Assembly: GCF_009914755.1 (NCBI RefSeq)
Contig: NC_060928.1
Strand: one strand, 5' to 3'
DNA length: 64,000 bases
From: the human T2T-CHM13v2.0 reference genome, Homo sapiens
Shown: positions 16,313 through 31,800 of the stretch, in pieces
Layout of the letters: every line of letters begins with the position of its first letter
Numbering within the stretch: position 1 is the stretch's first letter
The notes under the pieces: model-generated
Database searches by the model: none
The model's input: only the letters and a program-made list of their open reading frames with translations
Told to the model about the DNA's origin: nothing
Position numbers and translations under genes: made by a program

Positions 16313-18938
16313 CCCACCACTTCTTACTTAAAAGACCTAAGGCTACCAGGAGGAATTAGCAGACCATGCTGGCTCATTTGTTAAGCTAAGGCTAGTCCCT
16401 CTCTAACAGCCAGTTGAATCCCCTACCCCACATCTACTAGGCTCCTTGACATTTATGCCACATTCCCCTTCTCTTGTACCTCTCTGATAAAAACCTCCTG
16501 TGTTGGGAGCTGGGGGGCCGGTATTAAAGCTAAGCCTGACTTCTCTTGCAGACCTAAAGAACTCCTTTACTCTCTGCCAGACCTTTTCTTGATCCTTGCC
16601 CAAAAGGAGATTATCTCGGTAATTCCTGTCACAAATTATGATTCTCCTTTTCCTCATTTTTCTCCTTCCCACCCATTCCTAGCCAAGCACTGCCTCATTT
16701 TCTAATCCTGTTAAGTGTCTCTCAGGATTCCGTGACACAATTGCAATGCTGTCAAGCCCTGAAACTGGGCATCAAAGGAATAAGGCCTGAAAATGATTGA
16801 TTCTGCCATAGACATATTTAATATCCCGTGTCCTAAGTTTGGGCCCATGTGTATGTGTGTGAACTGCTTCACCTTCAGCCAGAGGTACAGAGCCCATGTT
16901 GAAAAAATATGAATCATCATAAGTGTTCTTGTCTACATTTAAAAAAATATATATTATTAGCGTGAATAAACAAGTATTAGAATCAGTTCTATTAGAATTG
17001 TATCCACTTGTTTATTTTAATGGAGTTGAGTTTGTGAGCAAAATGAGAGAATCTGAACATGTGCTGGAGAGAAGCAGGTGGACAGGTAAGAAGAGAAGCA
17101 AGTGGGAATGGCTGGATACTAATCTTGAGGAAGAGCTGGATATTAATCTCATATCCAGCTGCCTACCTTATCCTATAGTGAACTCACAGCATTTCCTCTC
17201 TGGCACAACTTTTTGCTGGAATTTACACAGATGTAGACAATTATGCCTTTGAAACCTGAAATTTGGCTTCCAAAGCAGTTTATCCCATTGTCTACACAGA
17301 TGCCACTTGAGTGAGAATTTAGAAAATTCAAGAGTCTAGAAAATGGTATCCTCCATCCCTGCCAGAGGCCTTTTGAGCTCATAACATTTAAAAACAAAAC
17401 AAGGCACTCCAATAGGCTTTGGTGCATATCCACAGGCAGATTTGGCAGACTTGTCACTCAGTGTTCCTGGCTTGGGTATGTTTTTTTCTCCCCCACATCC
17501 TCCTTTTCCAGGAGCAGAGCTGCTCCACATGTGAGTTCAAATGCCAGCCGACATAGGAGAGTAAGCTTCTCCCCTGGGACCCACTGGCCATGAACCTGCA
17601 AGCAGCTGCTTTTTCTTCCCAAATGTGTTCAGAGCTCCTGGACTCAAGTAGAGAGAAAAATAGTGCCTTGAAGTTGTCTTCAGTATAAACTGATACTGGT
17701 TCTCTAAGAAGAGTGTGTCTGTGAGTTAAATGGCCCAAGAATGAAAAGAAAGGCCTGCTCAGAGTTCTGTCAGGTAGCTTTCAGGTTATAGACAGCTTTA
17801 GAAAACCAACACGCTGCACTCAGATAAGGAGATCAAATAGGAGATTTACAGAGTGTGCCAGGCTCAAGACAGCAATAGCAAAATCTACCTTTGACCTTCT
17901 GGGTGTTTCTATTTCACTAGAGAAACTCCATCACACATCAGGAAATTGATTTTACAAAACGTGTATTTTAAGCTTGGCTTCACAAATTCTAGAGAGAAGT
18001 TCCTCCCTGGTACTTATTTCAAGGAAGGTGTAGTAAAGGTAAAAGAAATGAGAGCAAATCAGGTGCCTTCTGACAACCAGCCAAGTTCATTCCCTGTCTT
18101 TCTAGATCTCCTACACTGAGAGAAGGAATGCAACTAGTTCCCAAGGGGTCAGGGCAGGCATTTTCCCTAATTCAGGGTTCAAATCTGGAGTCGATGGGTT
18201 CCAGGAAAACCAACTTGAAAGTGCTTGGACATATCCACTTATAGTTTTGTTTGTTTGTTTCAAAAATGTCCACCACTTTCCTTGGATTCTCAGAGAAATC
18301 TGTAGGCAAAACCAGGTTAAGAACTGTTCCCCTGTACTCTGCATTATTTCACATTACCTTGTCATCAGGGACAGAGATCCTGAAAGCAGAGCCCCAGCAG
18401 TAGCAGATGAAGCCAACCTGTTGCCTAAGTCCCTATTGAATAAGGAGATTAGTACCCACCACATTGATTCCCTCCTGACTGGCATCCCCAACCTCTACTC
18501 CTAGAATAAATGAAATATGAACTACTCTTTCCACCACCACCATTCTGTCCCAGCATTATTTATTCCTTTCATGATACTCCGTATATTTCATAAAAACCTC
18601 CTCTCTGCCTCATTGCCCACCCCAGCAGGAACAGGCCCAGGTGGGTATTCTTCTGTTGCAGAGACTCCTTTCCTTATCTACTCATCCAGGCAAAAGAACC
18701 TTGGTTAAATCATCAGTTGGGCCCATCCCGGTTTTGTTTCCATTCTTATAAGGACCTGAAGGTATTATCATAATCCAGGACTATATAAGGGCTTAAAAAG
18801 GATTAAGATCATTGACTTTCTGTAAGCATACACACCTAAATAGCAAACTATCAAGAATATCCATCTCTGCTACAGGCTGTGCTTCTGACACTATCAGGAA
18901 GATTGGCGAAACCTTCAAGCAGGAAGATATGATGGAAG

Positions 18939-19266
<328 letters not shown>

Positions 19267-19480
19267 CTACTTCTGTTGCTGTTTCAGCTTTTGACACTTT
19301 TTATCACCACTCTTTTCCCACCTCTAAGTATTGAGTTCCTTATATCAGTGCTAACATAATTGTAAAGAATTATCCTTTTTTCCACTCTGCAAATTTTCAA
19401 AGGTCAGGCTTTATGTAGAGAATCTTTATCCATTACAGTATTTCAGCAATAACACTGTCTTTCCTATTTTGCTAATACTC

Positions 19481-19580
19481 TAGAGTGACATTTAATTTAT
19501 CATCCAAAAGCAATGCTAAACTATGACAATAGGTGTAGACCAAGACCATTGTAGCCAAACTGAAGCCAAAGGTCACCATG
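19481..19580. mobile_element. hAT-Blackjack MITE (MER94-like)
   Basis: Termini agagtgac...ggtcacc with internal taatttatcatccaaa and gacaataggtgta. Confidence 0.55.
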
Positions 19581-19883
19581 TTCCGCACAGAACCATGCAG
19601 GGCTAAGTGGTTCACTCGCCTCCATCACATCCTATAACTGCAACATCCGCCTCATATTGGATCTCTCTCCCACTAGCATGATAGTGGTAGAAGGTGCTTT
19701 GAAGCAGGAAGATAATAAATTCCAAATTAAGCACTATCTGAAAAGAAAAGTCTCCCATTTTACTGAAGTCATAAACTCTAGGCTACTGCCTATGTTGCAT
19801 TATCAACACATTCTTTGCCCCAACCAGCTGCAGTTTGGCTGTTTAACCATCCCATGTTCTTTAGCATGTCGAGTAGACCATGT

Positions 19884-20412
19884 TTTAACCATAATAGGCC
19901 TGTTGCCTGATGTGTACAGCAAGTCAATACACCAAGATATGAGGTTGCAGCAGAGAAAGAGTTTAATTATAGGGCCGCTAAATGAGGAGACGGGAGGAAA
20001 CCTCAAATCTGTCTCCCCAAGGAGTTTGGGGCTAGGATTTTTAAGGGTTTTGGAGTAGGCTGAAGTTAGGAAATCATTGATTGGTCACAGAGAGCAGCAT
20101 AAGGTCATGGGACAGGGAGATGAAGAAACAATATTCTCATGTTGATCCATTTCCTCTGTGAGGGTCTTTAAACTGGCTGCAGTCAGCTGTTCCACTGGAA
20201 TTCAATATCTGCTTAAGCAATTCTTAAGCAAAAACCTTATGATTCTAACATCAGAAATCCTATGTATAGGAACAATGGAGATGCAAATAGTCAGTGTCTA
20301 GTGCTACAGACTTTCAGTTACAAGGAAGTGGGTCAAAGTACAGACTGATTAATATTGAATTATAACTATATTTCTTTCCAGAATTCTTGTTAAGCCTGTG
20401 AAGATGGCTTCA
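19884..20412 (-). mobile_element. ERV1 solo LTR (LTR26-like)
   Basis: Minus strand starts tgaagccatcttcacaggcttaacaagaattctgga. 4-bp TSD atgt at 19880-19883 and 20413-20416. Confidence 0.78.
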
Positions 20413-20591
20413 ATGTTACATTTAATTCCTTGATTTTTCTCCATAAATTGCATACAAATTCAAGGTCTCATTCAATATGCATGTAACCAAAAAGATAATC
20501 TATGTCTTACTTAATCTACACCATGGTTGTTAGGAGCCAATGATAAAATACGACATAGCCCCACACTCAAAATTCTTTCTTCTTTCCACAG

Positions 20592-20708
20592 ATCCGAAAT
20601 GTGGCAGCAAATCTCTGTGTGGACAGCAAGCATGGAGCCACCGGAACAGAGCTGAGGCTGGACATCTGTGTCAAGGATGGTTCTGAAAGAACATGGTCTC
20701 ATGAACAG
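20592..20708 (+). CDS. GALNTL6: GALNTL6 internal coding exon (117 bp, phase 0/0), ricin-lectin alpha repeat
   Basis: Acceptor tttcttctttccacag and donor CAG|gtgagt. Translates to [39 protein letters not shown] and joins the next two exons in frame. Confidence 0.95.
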
Positions 20709-21274
20709 GTGAGTCACCTCCCAGAAGCCAGGGCAGTGGGAGCCAGTCGGGGGCTGATGCAGACACAGAGGGATGCAGCTGGAACAAATCTCCGAATGGT
20801 GCAGATGGTACTTGTGGGACCTGGAGTGAGGCCGCTGTATCACCAACCAGCTCTGCAGTTCAGTGAATCACTTAATGTCTCTGTTTATGTTTCTTCTCAG
20901 AGCAGTTGTGATGATCAGTTCAGATAATGTACACAATTATCCTCTAAATATGAGAAAGGATGGGAGAAATGTGGATTGCGACCCTAGTCTTACTTCTTTT
21001 CCCAGAATGGTAGTTTAACAGAGGAAGCCTGTAGAGTGCTTTGGAACACTTCCAACTAAATTTCATGGTTTTAATGACTCTGCTGTTCTGTGTTTGTGAT
21101 GTCATCTTAAACTTGCTTTTCCCCTGACCATGAACAGATCACTTTACATGGGCCTCCTGTTGTTGTAGTAGTTTTTAATCTTACATGTGAAGGATGTAAG
21201 CAACAGCACCCCAACATGGACTTCAGGAAATACTTTAAGGCTATGTATTGCTTTTATTGATTTTTGTTTTGTTT

Positions 21275-23140
<1,866 letters not shown>

Positions 23141-23315
23141 TGTAAGACTTAATTGCTTTTAATTGAAAAACATTTCATTGCAACTCAGTTTAAGTGAGAT
23201 GTGATTTCTAACCCTCTTAGAAATTTGAAAGTCCTTGCAAGCAGCTTCCCTGATACTGTGTCACCTGTGAAAGGGAAAAGATAGTGGGCAAAATTGCCTT
23301 TGCTCTCTTTTAGCG

Positions 23316-23484
23316 TTTTCGTTTCTTGTATTTTAGAGATGGGGTCTTGCTCTGTCACCCAGGCTGGAGTGCAGTGATGTGATCAAAGCTCACTGCAGCC
23401 TCAAACTCCTGGGCTCAAGCGATCCTCTTGCCTCAGCAGCCTGAGTAGCTCAGACCACAGGTGCATACCACCAAGCTCACCTAA
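23316..23484 (-). mobile_element. FRAM/AluJ right monomer
   Basis: gctcactgcagcctcaaactcctgggctcaagcgatcctc. Confidence 0.85.
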
Positions 23485-24269
23485 CCCTTTTCACTGTTTT
23501 AATTTTAAATTAAGAAATATTTCAATAGAAAGCTATAGAAAATATCATAGCAGATATTTATGTACTCATCACACTCATCTCTTATGAAAAGCAAAAAAGC
23601 AAGCAAGCAGTTCCCAGTAAGGCGTTACTGCCTCCTATAGCCAGATTCCTCTGGTGCCCATCTTGTACATTAAACTAGAAAAGGTCCACCATGCCCAGCG
23701 CAGGATGTTAAAGAGTTGTCCAGATGTGTTGAGATTCACCTCCCTCGCCCCACCTCACTGCCCCTCCCTGCCCTCTACCACGCATTACAATGCAGAGCAT
23801 CATGATGCGAGGAAAACAGCCACAGAACAAGTCCACAATACAATCCAGAGATGTTCAGTCCATCAACAGTGCCTCTCCCCTAACCACTGATCCAATCTTT
23901 GAACCCTCTCCCCACAGCCTCATGGTATTCTAGGAGGACTGTGGGCCTTGTAGCCAGGCCAACCTGGATTTTAGTTTAAACCATGTGGCCTTGTGAAGTT
24001 GTGAAATCTTTCTAGGCCATAGTTCTTCCATCTTGGACAGGGTGGTTAGGAGAATAAATCTTGGGGCAGCATCTTGCACATGCAGCAGGTGCAGAGTAAT
24101 ATCCTCTCCCTCCTGCCTTCCTTCTCTCAAACACTCACAAATCCCTTTATGCTAATACCAAATTAGAAACCTCTCTCAGGTCCAAGGCAGCTGGGACTTT
24201 GGCTTCATTTATCTGTTCCCAGCATAGTCAGCAAATACTAGTTATTATTCACTCAAATGCGCCCTGCAT

Positions 24270-24420
24270 GGCTGGGCACGGTGACTCGCGCCTATAATCC
24301 CAGCACTTTGGGAGGCTGAGGCGGGTGGCTCACTTGAGGTCAGGAGTTCGAGACCAGCCTGGCTAACATTTTGAAACCCCGTCTCTACTAAAAATACAAA
24401 AATCAGCCAGGCGTGGTGGC
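24270..24420 (+). mobile_element. AluS left arm, 3'-truncated
   Basis: Left monomer, linker and a short start of the right arm, then an abrupt end with no A-tail. Confidence 0.9.
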
Positions 24421-26288
24421 TGATTATATACATATATCCAGAGGGGTTTATAGAAGGCTCTGTGACTCCCAGATTTATTGATAGGAATCAAATATCAGTG
24501 AAAAGTTATTTGCCTCCTCCTTCCTCTGTCTGTTTCTATAAGCTCCATGGGGATGTTACTGGGGACCTGAGGAATGGTGTTGGACTGTTAACTCCAACAA
24601 GCAATTCTGACTTCAGCCTGGGAGCAAGAGAGAAGGCTTTAGAAGCTATCGGTAAGGCTGGCATCTAGAGTGGAAAAGAACTTTTTTAAAAAGAAAAAGG
24701 AGGAAACCATAAGGAAAAGCTTCATTTCTTGGGCTAAATTCCTCTCTACCATCTCTATTCAACCCAACTAAGAAACACACATGGCCAGCTGGTGAATATA
24801 AAGCAGGCCTTAATGTCTGAACTGGGCTTAGTATTTCTATCCAGTAATGCTCTAGAATGAAATCTTCTCTGGCCTGCAGATTTTATTTGACAGCGGAACA
24901 TGGATATAAACAAAGGCAACGATATTGCATACACTTTAAAAATTGCTGGTTCACTCCCCGCACCCCCCACGTCCCCCAACTCCCCACCTCCCACCCCCAG
25001 GCTAAAATGCAAAAATCTATGGCCCGTAATTCAAGAAATGGTCACCAGAGGGCAGCACTAGACAAGCAGAAAACTACATAGGCAGAACAGAAAGACCAGT
25101 TAATACAGCTCTTTAAAAAGATTTCCTGTCTCTAGAGATCCTAAAAATGAAGCTACAGTAGGATTAAATAAGGTTGATAAGTGGTGGAAAATGCATCATG
25201 TTTGAAATATTGCCATATATTGACTTGGAGGTTAAAACATTACAAGCTGTTTCATTCACCAGTAATTAACTGTAAGCTTTATTCAATATATCACTCAGTG
25301 ACTTACAAGAATTAGGAAGCACTCTTCTACATTTAGATTAAAATTCCTGCATGAGGAAGGCATATCGGAACATGACAATTATGGATTTTCTTTTTAATTC
25401 AAAAACATTCAAAAAACACAAAAGGAGACTTATTAGAGTTGAAATAATCCGTTTTTTTCCAAAAAAAAAAGTGGCAAAAATTAAAAAAAGGAAAAAACAA
25501 AATTGTTACATGGGAAATAAAAAAGAGTCCATTGAAGGACCTGTATAAGAAAATGCCTTCTGCTGCAGAACACTGGTGGTGACTAACGTGGTTTCTGTGA
25601 AGGAAGCAAATGTATGATTCATTTTGCCAGGGCAATCTGCATAGCTGTTTGATATCATGGTAGCATTATGCTTCCTTTAGGGATCAAGAAAGAAAAACAA
25701 AAATAGATCCTAATAAGACTATAAGGTCTGGAAAGAACATTCCCCAGCTCCCATTGAGTCCAAGGGAGAGGAGTGGCGGGGAGGAACCCCCTTGGTCTAG
25801 TTTGGCTGTTCCCACTCTGCAGGCCCAGCAGCAGGCTCTGATGTCATGCTGGGGAGCAAGTGTTGCAGCCCAGCTTTCGTCCTCCCGAGGAAGCAAACAC
25901 TGGCTCCCTCTCCAGGGCCTAGGGGAAGGTTCACAAAGACAGAAGCAAGCAAATGTGTGCATCCAGGGGACAGATTTTTTTCCTTTCTTTTTTCTCTCTT
26001 TGGGAAAAAAGAGTCTCATTATCAAGACAGAGCGAACTGATGGGTGCAAACTGCAAGGAGAAACATGCTGTATCTCAGGTTTCTGCAAACCTCATAACAA
26101 TGAAATAAAACATCACAATCCAGACAGAGAAAAATATTTTCTGCTGTCTCAAGTCAGGTAGCAAGAGCAAGAGATAAGTGTATTGGCAGTACCAAATCCA
26201 GTGACCTTATTCATATAATACAAACGGACCCAGGCAACATGACACATATCACATTAATATTAAAGCAAAGAAATAAGAGTTAACATTG

Positions 26289-28621
26289 TGATATGGTTTG
26301 GCTGTGTCCCCAAATCTCATCTTGAATTGTAGTTCGCATAATCCCCATGTGTCATGGGAGGGACCCAGTGGGAGGTAATTTAATCATGAGGGCAGTTACC
26401 TTCATGCTGTTTTCCTGATAGTGACTGAGTTCTCATAAGATCTGATGGTTCTATAAGGCGCTTTTCCCCCTTTTGTTTGGCACTGCTCCTTGCTGCCGCC
26501 ATGTGACGATGGATGTGTTTGCTTCCTCTTCTGCCATGATTGTAAGTTTCCTGAGGCCTTCCCAGCCATGCTGAAATGTGAATGAATTAAACATCTCTCA
26601 TTTATAATTTACTCAGTCTCAGGTATGTCTTTATTAGCAGCATGAGAACAGACTAATACAGTAAATTGATACTGGTAGGGTAGGGTGCTGCTATAAGGAT
26701 ACCTGAAAATGTGGCAGCAACTGTGGAACTGGGTAACAGACAGAGGTTGGAACAGTTTGGAGGGCTCAGAAGAAGAAAGGAAAATGTGAGAAAGTTTGGA
26801 ACTTGCTAGAGATTTGGAGGGCTCAGAAGACAGGAAAATGCAGGAAAGTTTGGAACTTCCTAGAGACTTGTTAAATTACTTTGACCAAAATGCTGATAAT
26901 GATAAGGACAATGAAGTCCAGGCTGAGGTGGTCTCAGATGGAGATGAAGAACTTGTTGGGAACTGGAGTAAAAGTCACTCTTGTTATGCAAAGAGACTGG
27001 TGGCATTTTGCCCCTGCCCTAGAGATCTGTGGAACTTTGAACTTGAGAGTGATGATTTAGGGTATGTGGCAGAAGAAATCTCTAAGTAGCAAAGCATTCA
27101 GGAGGAAGCAGAGCACAAAATTTGGAAAATTTGCAGCCTAACGATGAGATAGAAAAAAAAATTTCTGGAGATAAATTCCAGCCTGCTACAGAAATTTGCA
27201 TAATTAATGAGCAGCCAAATGTTAATCACCAAGACAATAGGGAATATGTCTCCAGAGCAAATCACAGACCTTCACAGCAGCCCCTCCCATCACAGACCCA
27301 GAGGTCTAGGAGTCAAAAATGGTTTCTTGGGCCAGGCCCAGGGCCCCCTGCTCTGTGTGGCCTCAGGACACGGTGCCGTGTCCCAGCTGCTTCAGCTCCA
27401 GCATGGCTAAAAGGTGCCAAGGTACAGCTCAGGCCATTGATTCAGAGGGTGCAAGCCCCAAGCCTTAGCACCTTCCATGTAGTGTTGGGCCTGCAGGTGC
27501 ACAGAAGTCAATAATTAAGCTTGGGGAACCTCCACCTAGATTTCAGAGGATGTATGGAAATGCCTGGCTGTCCGGGCAGAGGTGTGCTATAGTGGTGGGA
27601 TCCTCTTGGAGAACCTCTGCTAGGGTAGTGCAGAAGGGAAATGTGGGGTTGGAGCCCCTACACAGAGTCCCCACTGGGGCACTACCTAGTGGATCTGGGA
27701 GAAGAGGGCCACCATCCTCCAGACCCCAGTATGGTAGACCCACTGACAGCTTGCACCATGCACCTGAAAAAGCCACAGGCACTCAATGCCAGCCTGCGAA
27801 AGCAGCTGGGAGGGGGCTGAAACCTGTAAAGCCACAGGGGCAGAGCTGTCCAAGGCCATGGAAGCCCACTTCTTGCATCAGCATAACCTGGATGTGAGAC
27901 ATGGAGTCAAAGGAGATCATTTTGGAACTTTAAGGTTTAATGACTGCCCCACTGGATTTTGGACTTGCATGGGGCCTTTAGTCCCTATGTTTTGGCCAAT
28001 TTCTCCCATATGGAATGGCTGTGTTTACCCAATGCCTGTACCCACATTGTATCTAGGAATAACCAACTTGCATTTGATTTTACAGGCTCATAGGCGGAGG
28101 GTACTTGCCTTGTCTCAGATGAGACTTTGGACTTAGACTTTTGAGTTAATGTTGGAATGAGTTAAGACTTTGGGGGACTATTGGAAGGGCATGATTGTGT
28201 TTTGAAATGTGAGGACATGAGATTTGGAAGGGGCCAGGGGCAGAATGATATGGTTTGGCTGTGTCTCCACCCAAATCTCATCTTGAATTGTAGTTCCCAT
28301 AATCCCCACATGTTGTGGGAGGGACCCAGTGGGAGGTAATTTGATCATGGGGGTGGTTACCCTCATGTTGTTCTCATGACAGTGAGTGAGTTCTCATGAG
28401 ATCTGATGGCTTTATAAGGGGCTTTTCCCCCTTTTGCTTGGCACTGCTCCTTGCTGTCACCATGTGAAGGAGGATGTGTTTGCTTTATCTTCTACCATGA
28501 TTGTAAGTTTCCTGAGGCCTCCCCAGCCATGCTGAGCTGTGAGTCAATTAAACCTCTTTCTTTTATAAATTACCCAGTCTTGGGTATGTCTTTATTAGCA
28601 GCATGAGAATGGACTAATATA
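26289..28621 (+). mobile_element. Complete THE1 (THE1C-like) MaLR element: LTR 26289-26660, internal 26661-28245, LTR 28246-28621
   Basis: Two similar LTRs of about 375 bp (tgatatggtttggctgtgtc...gactaata[c/t]a). Perfect 5-bp TSD cattg at 26284-26288 and 28622-28626. Confidence 0.96.
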
Positions 28622-29819
28622 CATTGTAAATCTATGTTTTAAAGGATCATTCAAAAGAAGAAAGCAGAGAAATTAACATCAACTTACTTTAACACTGAGG
28701 AATTTAAGGTTGAAAAGAAATCAAGGGTTATTGTACAGGAAACCTGAAGAAAATCTACATTCTTCTGTCAATAAGAGCAGGCCAAGGGTGAAGACAAACT
28801 ATAAATGTCACAATGACATTACCCAAAGCAAACAATGAATATAATTCAATGAATATAATTTCATAATGTCTGTTTCTGCTTTGACAAGCTTGCAGACAGG
28901 AAAATGTGCCAATGAAAAGACTCAATGCCTGATTGGTTTGACATGGCCACTGAGATAAGATAAATGGCAATAAGAAGTATTTCAAAGACCTAAGAGAGAA
29001 AAAAATGAGCTAATCGTAGGTGTAGAAGAATAAAGTAATTGATATAATCTGAAGATGTATCACCTTGGATGCAGGAAAGTAATCAACAGGTAATAATAAT
29101 AATACATAAAACACTGTGAAAATGACAAGCTAACCATCAGGCTACAAATGTAAGCATGATCATGGCACTACAATACGCAGAAACAAGAAACAGAGGTCAC
29201 CTAAGGATGCCCTCAGATATAATTGTGACAATAGGTGAATAAAGTTGCCCAACAGACAGATTTGCCAGTGTTTGCTGTAACACAGGTATTCTTTTGGACT
29301 TAACTGATGCATTTAGTAAAATGTATGAAAAGGCCATCTACCAAAGAAGGGAGGACTTTTGAGGTGTGACAGAAGCAAGACACTCATTTTCTGCAGGCCT
29401 GATTTTCCCTAACTGACTCATGAGGGACTGTACTAGGTAGTGATTACATTCCCTTTAAGCTCTGGCCTTCTGAGTGTATAAAAACCAAAGACAGAGAGAT
29501 GGAGACAGAGAGGGAAATAAATCAATCAAGACCACTTGTTCCTGCATTGGTTGGACTGCCTATAGTACAAGGGAAATGTGCTATTTAAATAAAATAAAGA
29601 TTTAATCAAAGCCAATGGCAGGTTTATTCGCCAGGAAATTTCTATTAATTTCTATTCCAATGATAGGTAACTGAATCCAGAGTCATCAAAGTTGAAAATT
29701 CAAAATATAAGCATTATCATTTGCTATTGTTGTAATTAAACAGCACAAACTCATTTGAGAGACTAAAAAGAGATTCATTAATTTTGATAGTTAACATATA
29801 ATAACAGATAATTGTGGGT

Positions 29820-30940
29820 TTTATTTATTCAATAGAAATTTAATTGAGGATCTATTGTGTGTCATAAATTGTTCTGGGTGCTGGAAACACAAAGGTAAAA
29901 ATGCTCCAAGCCCTGCAACTAAGGATCTCACTGTCTAGGGAGGGATAGAGAAACATAAGTGGACAATCATGATGAAATAGGTAAGGGATGGAAAGGAGTA
30001 AGCAGTTCAAAGAGGATGGCTTCCTGGATGAGTGGACACTTGAACTGAATCTTACATGACAGATGAGCATTACCTAGGTTGGCTAGTGAATGTCTGTTTT
30101 CCAACCAGAGGGATTTACGTGAACACGGCACAGAAGGAAATACACAGCCTGGTTTGTGTGAGAACTACAGAGGTTTTAGCATTGCTGGAACATAAACTTG
30201 AAGGAAAGGAATGTAGGTGGAAAGAACAGCAAAGGCCAGATTGTGGAGCGTTCCTAAGAGGTCAAAGAGTTTGAACTTTATTCTCTAGGGGTTATGTGAA
30301 AAGGTTGTGAGATTTTAGATTGAGAGGGAACAAGGCCACACAGGCCTTTCCAACAGACTTCCTTGGAGGCTGAGGAAGGCAGATGTGTGGTAACCAAAAA
30401 AGCCAGTTTGGAGATCATTGCAAGAGCTATTGAGAGCAATGGTTGTGGGCATAGAAGGGAATGAACAAATTCCAGAAATGTTTATAAAACAAAAATGGTA
30501 AGACTTGGTCATTGATTAGATGAGGATGGTAAGGGAGACAAAGGAGTTAAAGACTCCAAGGTTGATAAAGTGCATGACATGACCACCAATTAAACCAAAA
30601 TAGAGGGGCAGGAACAAGGCAGAAGAGAAGAAAATCAATTGCATTTAGAACATGCTGGATCTGAGATGTCCATGGGACATGCAGCTGGGAAATTCTGCAA
30701 GGAACTGGACATAAGATGGATGATGAGTGACCGGCATACTGGTGAGAGTTGAAATGAGAGTGTAAAAGACCAACCAGGGGAGGTGCAAGGACAGGGTCCA
30801 AGAGAGAACCCTGAGCAACACCTGCAGTGGAGAGATGCATGAAAGAGAGGGTGGTGAGACAGTTATAGGACAACAGAGGTGCACAGTGCTTCAAAATCCA
30901 AGAGAGCAGTGAGTTCTGAATAGAAGAGAGTGATCAAAAT
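29820..30940 (-). mobile_element. L2 LINE fragment
   Basis: ttattcaatagaaatttaattgag...tgttctgggtgctggaaacaca...ggcttcctggatgagtggacacttgaactga...ccaagagagaaccctgag. Confidence 0.75.
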
Positions 30941-31239
30941 CTGAATAGACATTTCCTTGAGAAGCCATTCTTCTCTGCAGGATTTAAATGAATCTAAAAA
31001 TGTCTCAGTCCACAATTATACTTTAAAAACTCTAGGAAAAAAGACTACACAATTCATCTTCATGAATTTATTTCAAATGTCTATTCTAAAAACCCCTTGT
31101 TCTTCTATATGAAATCTTCTCTTTTATCCTGTCTTCCAGGGTAACAGAGTACGCAGTGGCCATGATTGAGAAGGTCGCTGTTCACATGCTCGTTTAGGTC
31201 ATTTCTTGAGACCACTTAACCCAGTTCTTTGTATTTGTC

Positions 31240-31480
31240 TTCAGATTCCTCACCACTTAACTATCTTTGTTAGCCATCCCTGGAATTTTGCCAGGTTCTC
31301 TACATTTCCTTTCCTAGGTGGAACCTAACAGCTGAAATATACTGAGGGCCTGGTCAGTGCATAGTGTATTATCTGCATACAGCTCAGCATTGTGCTTTCT
31401 TTTATATCCACAGGGTTTCCCTGACAGCTCTTTTTTATTTTGCAATTCACAGTTTGGCTTCACACAGCCAGCCTGCCGTA
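31240..31480 (-). mobile_element. L3/CR1 fragment
   Basis: Resembles the CR1 3' ORF2 region in antisense (cagctgaaatatact...ggtcagtgcatagtg). Highly decayed. Confidence 0.4.
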
Positions 31481-31710
31481 AGTCCTATTGTAAGAATTAC
31501 ATAACCTTCCTGGGATTTTAGAATTGGGAGCAATCACAGGGCTCATCTAGTCCATTTTCACACTTAAGGATTTCTCCTACTGTACCTTTCAAATACCCTT
31601 ATTTGTTGTACAGTTCAAATAACTCAAGCAAATGCTCTTCCCCTACAGGTGTGTGGCTTGTTTGCTTGTTAATACATTGTAAAGCCAACTTAGTGCATAA
31701 GTCACATTTT

Positions 31711-31800
31711 TAATATAATAGAATGGGATGGATATAATAGAATGGTATAATATGATAGAATGGGATAATATAATAGAATGGGATACATAATAGAATTGGA
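31711..31800. repeat. Degenerate tandem repeat (ataatagaatgggat)n, about 5 copies
   Basis: Repeated atagaatgg core is directly visible. Confidence 0.85.

Noticed and set aside
20601-20927. 108-aa ORF as a standalone gene
   Set aside because: It is the GALNTL6 exon frame reading through the donor at 20708 into the intron.
26796-28136. Several ORFs inside THE1-int as functional genes
   Set aside because: Fragmented remnants of the MaLR internal ORF, broken by stops and frameshifts.
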